A stretch of DNA of 64,000 bases from Selaginella moellendorffii (taxonomy: Eukaryota; Plantae; Lycopodiophyta), in NCBI RefSeq assembly GCF_000143415.4, contig NW_003314369.1:186001-250000 (forward strand). The letters run 5' to 3'. A program made the translations under genes and the position numbers. The notes beneath the pieces were generated by a model, which worked only from the letters and a program-made list of their open reading frames with translations, was not told the DNA's origin and did not search any database. Below are positions 50,525 through 63,012 of the stretch, in pieces. Numbering within the stretch: position 1 is the first letter of the stretch; every line of letters begins with the position of its first letter.

Positions 50525-52588
50525 ATGCTATGGCGGCATTTGGAGCCGCTGAGGAAGAAGCGAGCCCTAGCGGCAGCGGCCGTGGACATTCTTGCGCAGC
50601 GCAATCCGGCGCCCAGATCTTTGCCGCCATGGCCGGATCACGGCGGCGACCACGGCGGCGATCGCCAGCAGCCTCGCGCCCAGGTGAATGTCATCCACAT
50701 CTTCGCGTCTCTCCTCCGGAAATGCGACTCCCCAGCGGCGCTGGAGCACGGCAAGCGCATCCACGCACAGCTGATCGCGGCGTGCCCCCAAAATCTCTCC
50801 CAGAATCTCTCCCTGGCAGTGCTGCTCATCAGAATGTATGGCAAGTGTGGCAGCCCCGGCGATGCCAAGGCCGTCTTCGACGATCTGTGCGGCAAGGACG
50901 GGAGATTGGCAAGAGAGATCTCGCTCTGGAACAGCCTCCTCACGGGATTCGTCCACAATCGCAAGAACAAGGAGGCGCTGAGGGTCTACAAGGAGCTGTG
51001 TGATCGCGGCAAGGATCTAGATCTAGAGCCAAGCGCCGGGACATTGGTCCAGGCGCTGGTGGCGTGCTCTAGCCTGCGTGATCTCGGCACTGGCAAGGCG
51101 ATCCACTCGCGGGCGATCGCGCTGGGCTGCGATCGCCAGGTTGCCGTGGGCACGACGCTCATCGACATGTATGCCAAGTGTGGATGCATCGAGGACGCGC
51201 GGCGGATCTTCGAGAAGATGGAGTCGCGGACGCTGGCGACCTGGAACGCGATGCTCGCTTGCTATGCCCAGAATGGGCATCTGGAGGAGACGATGGGGCT
51301 CTACCGGAGGATGGCGATCGAGGGCGTCGCCGGCGGCGCGGATGCGTGCACGCTCTCGATCGTCCTCAGCGTTTGCAAGCTCGGGGATGCGCGCCAGATC
51401 CACGCGCGCGCGATCGTGAGTGGATTGGAATCCCACGCGGTCGTGGGCACCGCGCTGGTTCGATCGTATGGGCGATGGGGGAGCGTGGGCGAGGCGATGG
51501 CCGCGTTTGATCGAGTGGAGAGCAAGGATGTGGTGTGCTGGACGGCGATCATGGCCGTGCTGGTCGCCCGGGGATTGCCCGATCGAGCAGTGGAGCTCTA
51601 CCGGGGCGCGATTGCGCGGGGCGTGGAGCCGGATTGCTACACTCTCTCCACGATCTTGGGCGCTTGCCGGGATCTAGAGACCGGGCAGGAGATCCATCGC
51701 GTGGCCGCGGCTAGGGCTTGCGATCGCGATGCCGTCGTGGGCACGGCGCTGGTCGCGATGTATGGGCGATGCAAAAGGATCGACGAGGCCAAGAGGGCGT
51801 TCGATCGGATCCAGGGAAAGAATGTGGTGTCCTGGAACGCGATTCTAGCGGCGTATGCCGAGGCCGGATTGGATGCCGGGGTGTTGGAGCTCTTGGATTC
51901 GATCGATGTGGTGCCGGATGTGCTCGTCTTCTCCAAAGCCCTAGCGGCGTGTGCCAGTCTCGGGGATCTTGCCGTGGGGCGGCGGCTCCACGACTGGATT
52001 GTCGTCCAGGAGCTGGAATCCGAGACCACGGTGGAGAATGGATTGATCAGCATGTATGCGCGGTGTGGGAGCTGGGATCGCGCAAAAGCAGTGTTTGCTC
52101 GGCGCGCTAGGGACGATCCGGTGTCCTGGAACGCGATAATCTCCGCGGCGGCGCGATTCAATCAGCTGGATCTGGTGCTGGACCTTCTCCGGGAGATGAG
52201 CGGCGATGGCGTCGGCGCGGGCGAGATCACATTCACGAGTGTCTTGCACGCTTGCGCCCACGCCGGCGTGGCGGTGGAGGGCGTGGAGATCTTCAAGCTC
52301 GTGGAGGAATTTGGCTGCGAGGCGATTCCGGATCACTTCCACTGCCTGATCGATTTGTTTGGGCGGCTGGGGATGATGGAGGAGGCCGAGGCGCTCATCG
52401 ATGGGATGCCATTCGAGCCGGATCTGGTGGCGTGGACGAGCTTGGCTGGGGCTTGCAAGCTCCACCGGGATCTCGATCGCGCGGCTCGCTGCGCTGAGAA
52501 TGTGGCGGCGCTCAACACGCGAATCTCTGGGCCTTTTGTTCTTCTTTGCAGCATCTGGAACGATCCCGACGAAGAGATTCTCTCTTGA
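50525..52588 (+). CDS. PLS-class PPR protein with E extension and no DYW domain (putative organellar RNA-editing factor)
   Basis: 687-aa intronless ORF with repeated MYxKCG/SWNA motifs, ending in 'MPFEPDLVAWTSLAGACKLH'. Confidence 0.95.
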   Translation: MLWRHLEPLRKKRALAAAAVDILAQRNPAPRSLPPWPDHGGDHGGDRQQPRAQVNVIHIFASLLRKCDSPAALEHGKRIHAQLIAACPQNLSQNLSLAVLLIRMYGKCGSPGDAKAVFDDLCGKDGRLAREISLWNSLLTGFVHNRKNKEALRVYKELCDRGKDLDLEPSAGTLVQALVACSSLRDLGTGKAIHSRAIALGCDRQVAVGTTLIDMYAKCGCIEDARRIFEKMESRTLATWNAMLACYAQNGHLEETMGLYRRMAIEGVAGGADACTLSIVLSVCKLGDARQIHARAIVSGLESHAVVGTALVRSYGRWGSVGEAMAAFDRVESKDVVCWTAIMAVLVARGLPDRAVELYRGAIARGVEPDCYTLSTILGACRDLETGQEIHRVAAARACDRDAVVGTALVAMYGRCKRIDEAKRAFDRIQGKNVVSWNAILAAYAEAGLDAGVLELLDSIDVVPDVLVFSKALAACASLGDLAVGRRLHDWIVVQELESETTVENGLISMYARCGSWDRAKAVFARRARDDPVSWNAIISAAARFNQLDLVLDLLREMSGDGVGAGEITFTSVLHACAHAGVAVEGVEIFKLVEEFGCEAIPDHFHCLIDLFGRLGMMEEAEALIDGMPFEPDLVAWTSLAGACKLHRDLDRAARCAENVAALNTRISGPFVLLCSIWNDPDEEILS

Positions 52589-52658
52589 GGCGCGCTTGCG
52601 AGTTTAAAATGGCCATAAACCCTATTTTCTTTTTGCATTTGCGGGGAGAAAGGAAGAA

Positions 52659-54865
52659 GATGGGAGCGAGGCTGTCAGCTGGTAATGCTGCTTCTTCCCA
52701 GCGAATTTCTGGAATCGCCTTGCAGGATCAAGCGCCGACGCTCAAGAGTCGACCGATCGAGGCAGCGACATCGACAGGAAGAAGATCTCAACTGGTAATG
52801 CCGCTTCTTCGCAGCGAATTTCTGGAATCGCCTTGCAGGATCAAGCGCCGACGGTCAAGAATCCACCGATCGAGGCAGCGACGTCGACAAGTCAACTGGT
52901 AATGCCCCTTTTTCCCAGCGATTTTCTAGAATCGCCTTGCAGGATCAAGCGCCAACTCTCAAGAATCGACCGATCGAGACAGCGGCATCGAAATATCGTC
53001 ACGATGGAGCCGATATCGGACGTGTTGCGGGATATTTCGGCTCTTCTTCGCTTGCGGAGCTCCTCCGAATGACGATCCTTCTCTATCTTCGTCGACATCT
53101 TCGTCGACATCTTCGTCGACATCCAATGAGGAAACCGGTATCTCGCTATCGTCTTGCTCGTGTTTGATCCTAGTTCTTCTTGCTATACGTTTGTCCAAGT
53201 TGCTGGAGCCGAGCACAAAGGTTGCAAGCAAACCACTGGTAAGCGCATCGTTTTCCAATCCGGTTTGATCACTCACTCGAAGCTAACTGATATTACCAGA
53301 GCCCGATAGTCCCAAGGTATGGAATCTGCTCAGCTTTGCGAAAAGATCTCTACGTCGGGTTTCGAAGAAGAAGACCTCTTCTTTTGCCGCTCGGGAGCTT
53401 CATCGCTTGGGCTTCTTCTTCGACTCGGATCTTCGGCTCAGGGATAGCCTCTCAGGTAAAAATATATAAGATCGGATCTAATTGTTTTTTCACTCTTTGG
53501 CAGAAAGGCTTACCCTGGAAAAGTTTAACAAGGTAATGCTTGTTACATGCTTGTTTGTTATAAACATGCATTGTAACAGGAAGCTGGCTACAAGAAACTG
53601 GTCGATGCGGTCGCGGATTACATTCAAGAGCTCATGGTCGAGGTTGGAGCTGATTTCCTAGGAACTTGCTAGCGCTCAAAAACTATCCGTGATGTCAGAC
53701 TTATGGTATGACGCGGGAAACATTCACTCTGAAAAGGACTTTAGCTTTGGCTTATGGTGGGGTAAGTATACAATTCACAACAGTAACCGAGCCTAACATC
53801 TCATTACGCAGGTGGTCCAGAAAATGGAAAGCACGGTGTTCCTGTCATCTAATGCTAAGACAGCACGGGCGCTGGTTATCCTTTTGTGTGGGCGTGGAGA
53901 ATTGAAGTACGTTTTTCACTTAGCCCAAAGTTTTCTGACTTTCGGTTTTACAAACAGTGCTGGCCAGTGGTCGAGGAGCCTCTGTCTCACGGTGATATGC
54001 ATTCTCTAGTATTCTAAAGTTTTGGTTTTGGATTTGTCCAGGACTCTCTTCGTACAGGCAGCGTTTTGCCATTTCTGGGTAATGTATCAATGCCTGTATG
54101 ATCTTCTTAACTGAACCTTTCATATTCAGAGTGGGCTCATGAGCTTGATATTGCGGTGCTTGTCCTGAACCCAAACGAGGTGATGCTTAATGGAAAAAAG
54201 GTATAGCTTACCGTATTTCCAGCGAACACGTCGAATTGACAGAGAAAAGTAACTTTCAGCAACAAGCAAGCTTTGAAGCTCTTCTTGACCACGTTTTGTG
54301 TGCCTGGGACCTTGTGTCTGCGACTTTCCCTGACAAAATGCTGGCGTTGGTTGCGCACGCCTATGGCGGAACACTCGCTATCGAGCTTCTAAAGCACCGA
54401 GGTTTTAAATGATGATCAATCGTCTTGTTTTACGTCTCCCTGTTTCTGGCAGGATGGGGAGCACTCCAGCGACTGAGATGCATTGCATTCTGTGATGCAC
54501 AAATTCCAGATGGTTCATTGCGAGTAAGTTTCCTTCCTTGAAAATTAACGAGATAGTAACTTGTTCACTCTTAGGTGCTTTCGTACGATCAACTCAAGTT
54601 TCTTGAAGGCAATGCCGTCAACTGGGTTTCAAGCCAAGAACCACTCGACAAAAGACTGTGTGGTGTTTCTTCTCCGGACCTCTTCGGCACCATAAAGAAG
54701 AACCCGATGGAGCATCTATCGTCGGGAACAACGAAGGGAGATGGAGTCGTAATGTCCGCCTTCGATTCGATTTGCAACTTCATCCTGTCGAAACTGGATG
54801 TGCCAGACAATGCTGACCGTGAAGGTAGAGATGAACAATCAGAATCTTCGGCGCAAGGAGTGTAA
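52659..54865 (+). CDS. FAM172/ARB2A-like Arb2-domain alpha/beta-hydrolase-fold protein, many short exons
   Basis: Spliced motifs LHRLGFFFD, YKKLVDAVADYIQELM, AGQWSRSLC, GSVLPFL, VLNPNE, DHVLCAWD, VAHAYGG, IAFCDA, NWVSSQEPLD and LSSGT follow the FAM172 motif order. Confidence 0.8.
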
Positions 54866-55415
54866 GGTAAGTATCTGTGGGCTGTATCAACTGATTCGAC
54901 TTTTAAGTTTTTTCTTGCAGTCTCATGGAGCTTGTAGCTATATACTGATTCGACATTTTGGTGGTCAACTGGATATATAATTCGATATTGCGATATTTCG
55001 TCGTGCCCATTCGTATCTACGGTGAGGTTGACGGATTTGCTACTAGAGGTATGAGCAGACTTTTGAACAGAGAGGTTGACTTCCTGACGATGCGTTTGTT
55101 GTATACAGCTTCACTGGATTATGAAAATATGTTTTCGTAGATCTTAGCACTAGACTGTTCTATCTGAAAAGTAAGTATACTTCTGACCGTTTGGTCGAGT
55201 TCTCAGGCCCTGAGCGAGGCCTCGTGGCTTGCTGAACTTGTCAAACATGTTTATGTCAACCTTCTGCCTCGAGAGGAGAGTAATGTCTCAGGTAACAGTA
55301 CTCGTTTGTTGAAATACTCGTTTACTGAAATACTTGTTCTAATATATGTTTATACCAGCCTGCTGGTCAATTTAAACGGGAAGGCGTCGTCTTCTCGCGC
55401 CTAGATGCGCACACG

Positions 55416-57341
55416 CTAGGTACTGGTTTGCATGTACCTCGCTTGTCCCTTTGCAATGACACTGCTTTCCAGAATGCTCACAACCTTGGGGTCTTTGGCA
55501 CATCTTGGCGTCTTATACTGTCCGTAGCTCGCCCCGCCATTCTGTACCACATGGTCCATTATTTTGTCGAAAGTTCCCTGCCGGACAAGCTTGATCTCTA
55601 ATGGTCCTACGCTTCCTTCCCTTCGGTTTCGGCGATACACCACGCTAAGCGATTCTTCAAGCTCGAAGCAGCACACGTCAAGCTCGAGAATCTGAGGATC
55701 TGGGAAGGCCTCCCAGTAGATGATATAGTGACCTGGCTGGGACGACAAGTCAACTCGACTAGTGTAGTCCACCAGGCGAATTTCGCTGTGCTCCTGGTGA
55801 CGATTCCAGGCTTGCGTCACTGCCTTATGTAGCTCAAGCTCGTCAGTCTTGTCCATGTCAACGCTCAGAAGCACACCGGCCCTCCGGACAAAAGCGAATT
55901 GAGGAGCATCATTGTGGAACTTGACGACCTTGAGAATATCGCCGACCCTGTACCGATATAAACCGGCCTTGGTGGTAAGTACCAGCTCGTACTCGTCTCC
56001 GACTTTGACATCTGCTAGTTTTACCAGGTTGTCGCAGGAAACGAAGCTCCGTTCTTCCTGCCCTTGGTCTTCGTCAGGGGCCGATAGTCGGTTTTCCAAG
56101 GGAAGGAACTCAAAGTATGCAAAGCACGGGAACAGCGTGTACAGAACTTCAGATGGTGGACATACTGGATCCAGGTTAACACCCAGGCTGCTGCACTCCG
56201 AAGACGCATACAGGGACGAAGCAATCGGAAGACCGTCGGTCAGCATGTCGATTATGGAAACGTATTGCTGCATGGTGCCGGTTATTATCGTCTGGACAAG
56301 TCTAGCCTCGGGCCACAGGCGTCTCACTATACCTCTCCAGTTCCCACCACAGCATTCCTTTCGTATGGCATCAGCAAGCTCGATATCCGGCCGGAGGATG
56401 GCATTGACAGCGTTTCTGACTGGAAGGCTTGTGACAATCCTGCTATTCACCGCTCCCTCGGCGATGTCCTGGCAGATATCTCTCCACTGGCACTTCAGAG
56501 ACTTCAAGCTCCTTACGAACGTTGATGCGAAGACCGAGCCGACCGATACAACTTGGTCCCTTTGAACGAGGCCGCAGAGAAGATGGCAGTAATTAGCCTG
56601 GATGTAGTCAACGCACTGGAGAACTTGGTCGGGGGAGGTGTAGCTCGTCGCCGGATCAATCTTTCGGTTACGAAAAGCCGGGCTGGTGAAGTAGCCACTG
56701 AGGCCGGAGGAGAGCTTCACGCCGCCGGGGGTCACTTCGGGATTCCTCACGTAGATGAAGTGGAGGGACTTGCCAGTGTTGAAGGGACCTTGCCTGGAAT
56801 GCCGTCGGTCAGAACAGGATGAAAATCGGGCCCTCTCTCTGGACGGAACGAACTTACCTGTTCAAGGCAGCACGGGCAACTCTGTTGAGGACGAGGAACT
56901 CGGGGTCGTAGTCACTGAGCTTTGGAAACAGCTTTTGGCGTCCTCCAGAGGTACCGGAGCTGTGATCAAACGAGCTTTCATCAAGTTAAGAGAGTCGCGA
57001 GCTGGGAACTACCTCTTGAGAACTTCTCGCACTGGACGAGCGCACAGGATCTTGGCATGGCCATCCTCGTCGCCGCTGGCTATCCTCGCGACGTCGAGCT
57101 CGATGTCCTGGTACGAGATGAGCGGCAGCCGCGAGTGGAAGTCCTCGGCGCTGGGAACTCCAAAGAGGCCGTGCCTGTGGAAGTAGGCAACGTCGGCATT
57201 GTCCGCCAGGATTTGCTGGAGGAGCTCCGACTGGATGCTCGCGACGTCGCTCGTGATGGCCTCCACGAAACGGAGAACTTGCTCGTCCGTGTCTAAGGCG
57301 GAGAGAATGCGGTGCGCGCTTCCCAGTCGCGGGGGATCCAT
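55416..57341 (-). CDS. GH3: GH3 acyl-acid amido synthetase
   Basis: SSGTSGG, YASSE, YFEF, GLYRYRVGD, PGHYIIYWE and QYKTPRC motifs; short introns in the 5' part. Confidence 0.95.
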
Positions 57342-57615
57342 GTCGTCTTGATTATATCGATCGTGCGGGGGATTTTAAAGGAGGAGAACTTCCAAGTGTG
57401 TGTGAGAGGGTTGGTCGAATGGTCGTCCTCGTTGATCAACGAAGCTGGGAGGAAGCGCGAGAGCGCCAAAACTTCTCTAGCGTATAAGTGGTCATGTAAG
57501 TGTCTTGAGACACACCTAGCCTAGCTTCTAACTTCCGCGTGCTTTGTAGGAGAACTTTCAAAGTCGTAGAGGCCAAAAACGAGATTTCAAAGAGGAGCGA
57601 ATATTCGCGGAATCT

Positions 57616-57640
57616 CCCTAAAACCCTAAACCCTAGGGCA
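57616..57640 (+). promoter_or_regulatory. Telo-box (AAACCCTA) repeats in the GH3/unknown-gene divergent promoter
   Basis: ccctaaaaccctaaaccctagg. Confidence 0.5.
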
Positions 57641-57980
57641 CTTTAATTTGAAAAGCTCCGTTAAGTTAGCGGAAGTTAACGGAGCCCGGTTAACCGGGGC
57701 GGGCCATTCTCCACTATCAAGGCTGTTTTGTCTGTGCGCTCGTCGGCGTCATCCCTGGGCGGGACAGGGCGGGGAGAGAGCGAGGCGCGCATTGTGCCAA
57801 GGGCGCCCCAATCTCGCGCGCCATCGCGCCATCGCCGCCTTGGAGGGATCGGCGCCAGGTCTTTAGAGGTACTGTAGAGCTAGAACTCGCGGCCGTGCAT
57901 GCGCAGGGAAGGGATTCCAGCTCGAAATATCGGCAATGCGGCACGATCTAGGCGGGGTGTAGATCCGGAAGCGAGGGATT

Positions 57981-60123
57981 ATGGCGGTGTCGGCGTTTAG
58001 ATCCACGACGCGGAGGGAATTTCAAGAAAACCAGGGCCAGGGTCATAGAAGGGGGAGCAGCCACTCGGAATCGGGGTCCGTGCTGGACAGCACTAGCAAC
58101 TATCAGGATGCGTCGTCTCAGAGGGATTCGGACCAGGAGAGCTACGAGCCCGGGCCTTACAATCGCCATCTTGCCAGTGACTCAGAGGTGAAGTGTCTCT
58201 GTATTTTAATCTCACTGGAGTATGGTTTGATGATTGATGCGTACTTTATGTTTTTTTTTTCTTCTTAGAGTGAAGCTTCGAGTATCATCGATAGGTTCCG
58301 GCAGACGGAGATAAGTCGCAATGCCGCCACCATTCCACGGTTCCAGCAAAGTACTGCAAGCGCACGAGGGAGGCAGAGAAGTATAGAGCCCAGCCGGAGG
58401 AGTGACTCGAGAGGTCCGGAAGTGAGGCGTAGAAGCGAATCGCAAGAGCCTGGTCTCAGGCGGCAAAGTAGCGACTTTTCAAGGCCCAGGAGGAGTGAGT
58501 CGCAGGAGCCTGGTCTTCGGCGGCAGAGCGTGGAACCATTGGGTGGCAGGCAAAGTTCCAGCGAATTACTGCTAAATAGTAGTGACTCCGGAGTCTACAC
58601 ACGAGGTCGGGAGACAAGTTTGAGCCGGCAAGGAAGAAGCCAATCCAAGGAACCAAGCATTAGACGCGAGTCACAGGAGCCCCGGCAAGGCAGGAGCAGC
58701 TCGAAAGAACCCGGTGCGAGGAGCGGAAGAAACGAGGAACGTGACAGAAGCACCTCGAAAGAACCCGGTGCAAGGAACGGAAGAAACGAGCTACGTGAAC
58801 TTGCGGGGAACAGGGATGAGGAAGACGAGTCAGAACGACGAGGCAGAAGTTCTCAAAGAGCAGGCATTGTTTTTACATCCAGGAGTACATCCCAAGAGCC
58901 AAGGAGGAGCAGTTCCTCAAAGGAGCCTATCGGTAGGTACAGGAGAAGTGAGTCGCAAGGCCCGGGGCATCGAGGCGGCACTGCTGGGGAACACCCTGGA
59001 ACTGACATCCAAACCGAGGAAAGAACAATCAGAGCTGTGCATGCACAATTGAAGGTCTGTGTGTATTTCTTTTCTTTGTCCGTGTTTACTATTTTGTTTC
59101 GCAGCCAATGGATCCCCCGGCTGGAGATGTCGATGAAGCCGACCTCTATGGGATAATGCGTGAAGAAGTCCGCAAAGCTGTAGCCGATCTTAAGGCGGAA
59201 ATCGAACAGGTATATATAAGTTTTTTGAGCAAAAATATTACGCTAACACACGCACAGTCTTTAGAGAAGGATATGCTAACGCTGGTTGCATCGAAAGGGG
59301 ATGTAGCGGAGTCAGACGTTCGACAAAAGTATGCAGAAAAATTGGAGCAGGTACATTTGTTTGTTTTGTTTTTTGTGTTTTTATTTTTAATTAATTTTTT
59401 TCTACTTATAGTCGGAGATCAGAACTCAGGAGCTACTGTCACAACTTGCTAAAGAAGAAGAAACGCGTCATGAACTTGCCAAACTAGTCAAAGGCAGACC
59501 TTCACATGATAAGCCCGCCGAGCAGCCAAAACGTAAAACTAGAAGGGTAAAAGCTTGTATACTTTTAAAACGACCCACTAACATGGTATTTTGTACAGGG
59601 TGTTGAAGAAAGAGCAACTATATCGAAGGCCCTTGACGAAGAAGCACAAAAGTACTTTGAAGAGTTTGCTTCTATTTCGACGTCCGAAACAGAAGAATCA
59701 CTGGATGGAAGACCGTCGAAGTCGGGAAAGAGGCTTGTTGCTCAAAGTTCCAGGAATGCCACAAGCCACAGGAAATCGCCGTCAAGAAAGCAGGTGCCTA
59801 GCCGAAGTGAGGAGTTTCCTCGGTGGAAAACAGGGGCAGTGGCAGTAAATACAGATGGCGTAGTGACCCCTTGGTTGGATTGGGAAACAGATTCGGCAGA
59901 TGTACGTTCATTTCGGGTACTTGGTGGTGTACTGACGCAACTTTTGGACTTCCAGGCAACTGCAACTGCTATATCAGATTTTAACTGGGACTCACTAGGT
60001 CCGTCTTCAAGTCTAGCTGACTTTGACAGCGTTCGTGTATCCGAGGAGCCCGCGCTACAGAGAATACGATTTGAGGGAAGGATAGGAGCAGGCAGGATAC
60101 ATCTTTGCAGGACTGAATTTTGA
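57981..60123 (+). CDS. Uncharacterised plant protein: Arg/Ser-rich repeats, coiled coil, conserved C-terminus; multi-exon
   Basis: Starts MAVSAFRSTTRR; 'EERTIRAVHAQLK', 'DGVVTPWLDWET' and terminal 'GRIHLC'; consistent GT-AG introns. Confidence 0.75.
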
Positions 60124-60797
60124 AACGTGAGACCAGTGGCTTAGGCATTGGTCCCGAAATAAGCTCGTCAAAAATATTTCTTATATGATGATTCTCTCCA
60201 CGTTTTTCTTAGTGTGTTGGTGACAGTAAATTCAGGCGCAAAATCTGGATCTGTAGTAGACACAGCCGCATTGACGACAGTTCAGGTGATATTTAAAAAT
60301 CCATACCTTGACTGACATATCATTGAGCAGCAAAGTCGTGATACGACAAGACGACGAGCATGATTCCAAGCGTACAAACTGTCTGGGGAAAAGCGAAGGA
60401 CAGTTTTATGGCCGGTTTGTTTCTTGAAGTGTTTTTTCTCATCTGCTTTGCTGTCTAAAATGTTCACTTTTCGTACAGATTCTGAAATGGAGGGTTGCCA
60501 AGTGTTCGCTTTCTGTATCTGGCTTTCAAGTTATAATCACCTGCACATTAGCGTAAGCGTCATATATTGCCGAACAATTAACTATTGCAATCTTTTCATG
60601 GATGGTGAAGCAGCTGTAGTGTTCTCTTCTCCACATCACCACGACTTATTTGACGCGGTTTATGCAAAGATGCAGACGGCTGTGACGGAAATCTCAATGA
60701 CAGTCACGACAAAGATCTTTTCAATTAAATCTCTTGTGCTTTCTGCTCAGCCGTTTGCAGCCGATGCTGCTGCAGCTCGCATTTGTTCAAACTGGGG

Positions 60798-63012
60798 ATG
60801 GATTTCATCTGGATCTGCTTGCTGGTTTTGGGGATGGCGAGAGCTCAAGCACAAGGTACTAAATCTCTCTCTGTATACAAAGTTCTGATATATTTCTTCT
60901 TGTGCCAGTTTGTCCTCTAAACTTCAGCTCCGTTCGCTACACTAAGCTCGACAGCTGCTCGTCGGAACCAGACAGTGGCTTGGAGCCATCCGAATGTTGC
61001 AAAAACGCTTTGGTCTACTTGTCTCGAGTGATTGCCGTCTACACCAACCAGACAGGAGGCTCCTCATTGTTTTTGAATGAAACACTGAGTCAAGCTTGTT
61101 GGAAAGCCACACACAGCCTGGACTTGGGAATTAGCTACGACTACTGCAACTTCGCGCCACCCCGTTATACTGCTTACCAGTTACCCTGCAACTTCGGTAC
61201 CATGGGCGAGCTGCTGGGTAACTTGACAACGGCACAGGTGACTTTCAATGATGTCCTAAGCTCTTGCACGCGGCCCCGAAACGATGCCGGATGTCTTCAT
61301 AACTTCTCGACTAGCGCCTTGGAACTGGCACGCAACCTCAACGATTCGGTGGATAACTGTGCAACCTCTCTCCTTGTTGGCGTGATCAGCAGAGATATCT
61401 GGAACGAGTCTTGGGCCAGCTTCTTGACTCAACTGAGTGTGTTTGGTAAGGAGCTTACAGAAGCGGACTCTATTTCTGATACTTGCGTTTCCTCTTTATC
61501 AGGAATTCTTTCTTCTCCCAGCCATAAACGAGGTACATAATTCCGAGTTTAAGTTTATGATCCTCATCGCCTTTTCTGTGCCGTGTGCAGAGGTAGTATT
61601 GGAAACGTCGTTGATATTTGTCTGCAGCTTTATAGCAGTTGGAGGAGCTCTCGTATTGCTTTCGTTTTTTTGTCGGAAGTATGCATCAAAGAAGGAATCG
61701 GACAAAATCGGGTCCAGCAGCTTCGAAGGTATCGTCAAAAAATAAAATCAGCCAACCTCATGCTGATTGTGCGTCGTTTATGTAACAAACAGAGCCAAAG
61801 GACCAAGGCAAGTTGCTGCACACTGAACTTTACAGATTTTCCAGGAAAGAAATCTGGAAGGCCACCCGAAACTTTAGCAGTGAAAACTATCTTGGCTCAG
61901 GAAGTGCTGGACTGGTTCACAAAGGTGTTCTTCCCAGCGGACAGCTTGTGGCTATCAAGCACATCGACAAAGAGAAAAAGGCGGACACTTTCTTCCAGGA
62001 AGTAGAGAGCTTGTCCAAAGTGAGGCATCCGAACTTGGTGAGCCTCCTGGGCTACTGCCAGTCCTTTGAGGGTTATTACCTCGTGTATGAGTTTTGTGCC
62101 AACGGGAACCTGTGGCAATGGCTATTTGGTAAGCTACCTTTTTTCATGGATCGTTTGCTGATTATTTTGCGCAGGAGACAGACCTCCTCTGACATGGGAA
62201 GAACGTCTCAATATTGCTCTCGGAAGTGCTCGAGGACTGTTTTTTCTTCACACCAACGTGGGAGGAGCAATTATTCATCGGGATGTCAAGGTTTGGAACC
62301 TTCTTCTTTGTAGCTTTTGCGAAAAGAGCTCATATTTGCTTCTTCTTTTTCTATGCAGCCAACCAACATACTTCTCAATGACAATATGGAAGCCAAACTC
62401 TCTGATTTTGGTTTGTCAAAGTTCATAACGATGGAGGAATCGCACGTTTTCACAGAAGTCAAGGGAACATCTGGCTATCTGGATCCGGAGTACATGTCAA
62501 GGGGGCAGCTCACGCTGGCGAGCGATATCTATAGCTTCGGAATCGTTCTCCTCCAGCTTGTTTCCGGAAGAAAGCCGATTGACTTTAATCTACAACACCG
62601 TTACTCACTCGTCAGAGCTGTAAGTGGAAACCACTTCACGCAAAGTTCGTTACCTTTTCTTCTTTCTCAGGCCCAAAGAGTTGCCGAGAGAGGATCAGAC
62701 ATCCACAAATTCGCTGACCCGCTGATGGATAGGAAATTCTCAGCCGCCGCAGCTCTAAAAATCGTGGAGATCGCCGTGTTTTGTACCGCCCAGAGCAGCA
62801 ACGATCGTCCAACCATCAAGGAGATCAACGAAACGCTCGAGGCAGCCGTGGAAACATCGAAGGCCGGCTACGTGAGTAGAAGTTTTAGCTCTTTGCTTGA
62901 TTTACATAAGCGGTTTTCTCTCTTCCAGGAGCCGCAAGATAGCAGCAGGACGCATTCATCACCGTCTAGGACAACTCTCCCTCTCCCTCCAAATCGAGTT
63001 CTTCCGAGGTAA
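60798..63012 (+). CDS. Receptor-like kinase with Cys-rich SPARK-type ectodomain
   Basis: Signal peptide MDFIWICLLVLGMARAQ; CPLNFS..CC ectodomain; TM helix; kinase GSGSAGLVHKG, VAIKHI, HRDVKPTNILL, DFGLSK, GTSGYLDPEY. 3' end may extend by one small exon. Confidence 0.9.

Noticed and set aside
53138-53199. Apparent transmembrane helix (CSCLILVLLAIRL) in the FAM172-like gene
   Set aside because: Better explained as a 62-nt phase-1 intron; only splicing it out keeps the frame into the Arb2 domain.
50515-57296. Many overlapping alternate-frame and antisense ORFs over the PPR and GH3 genes
   Set aside because: Expected from high GC content; no recognisable motifs.
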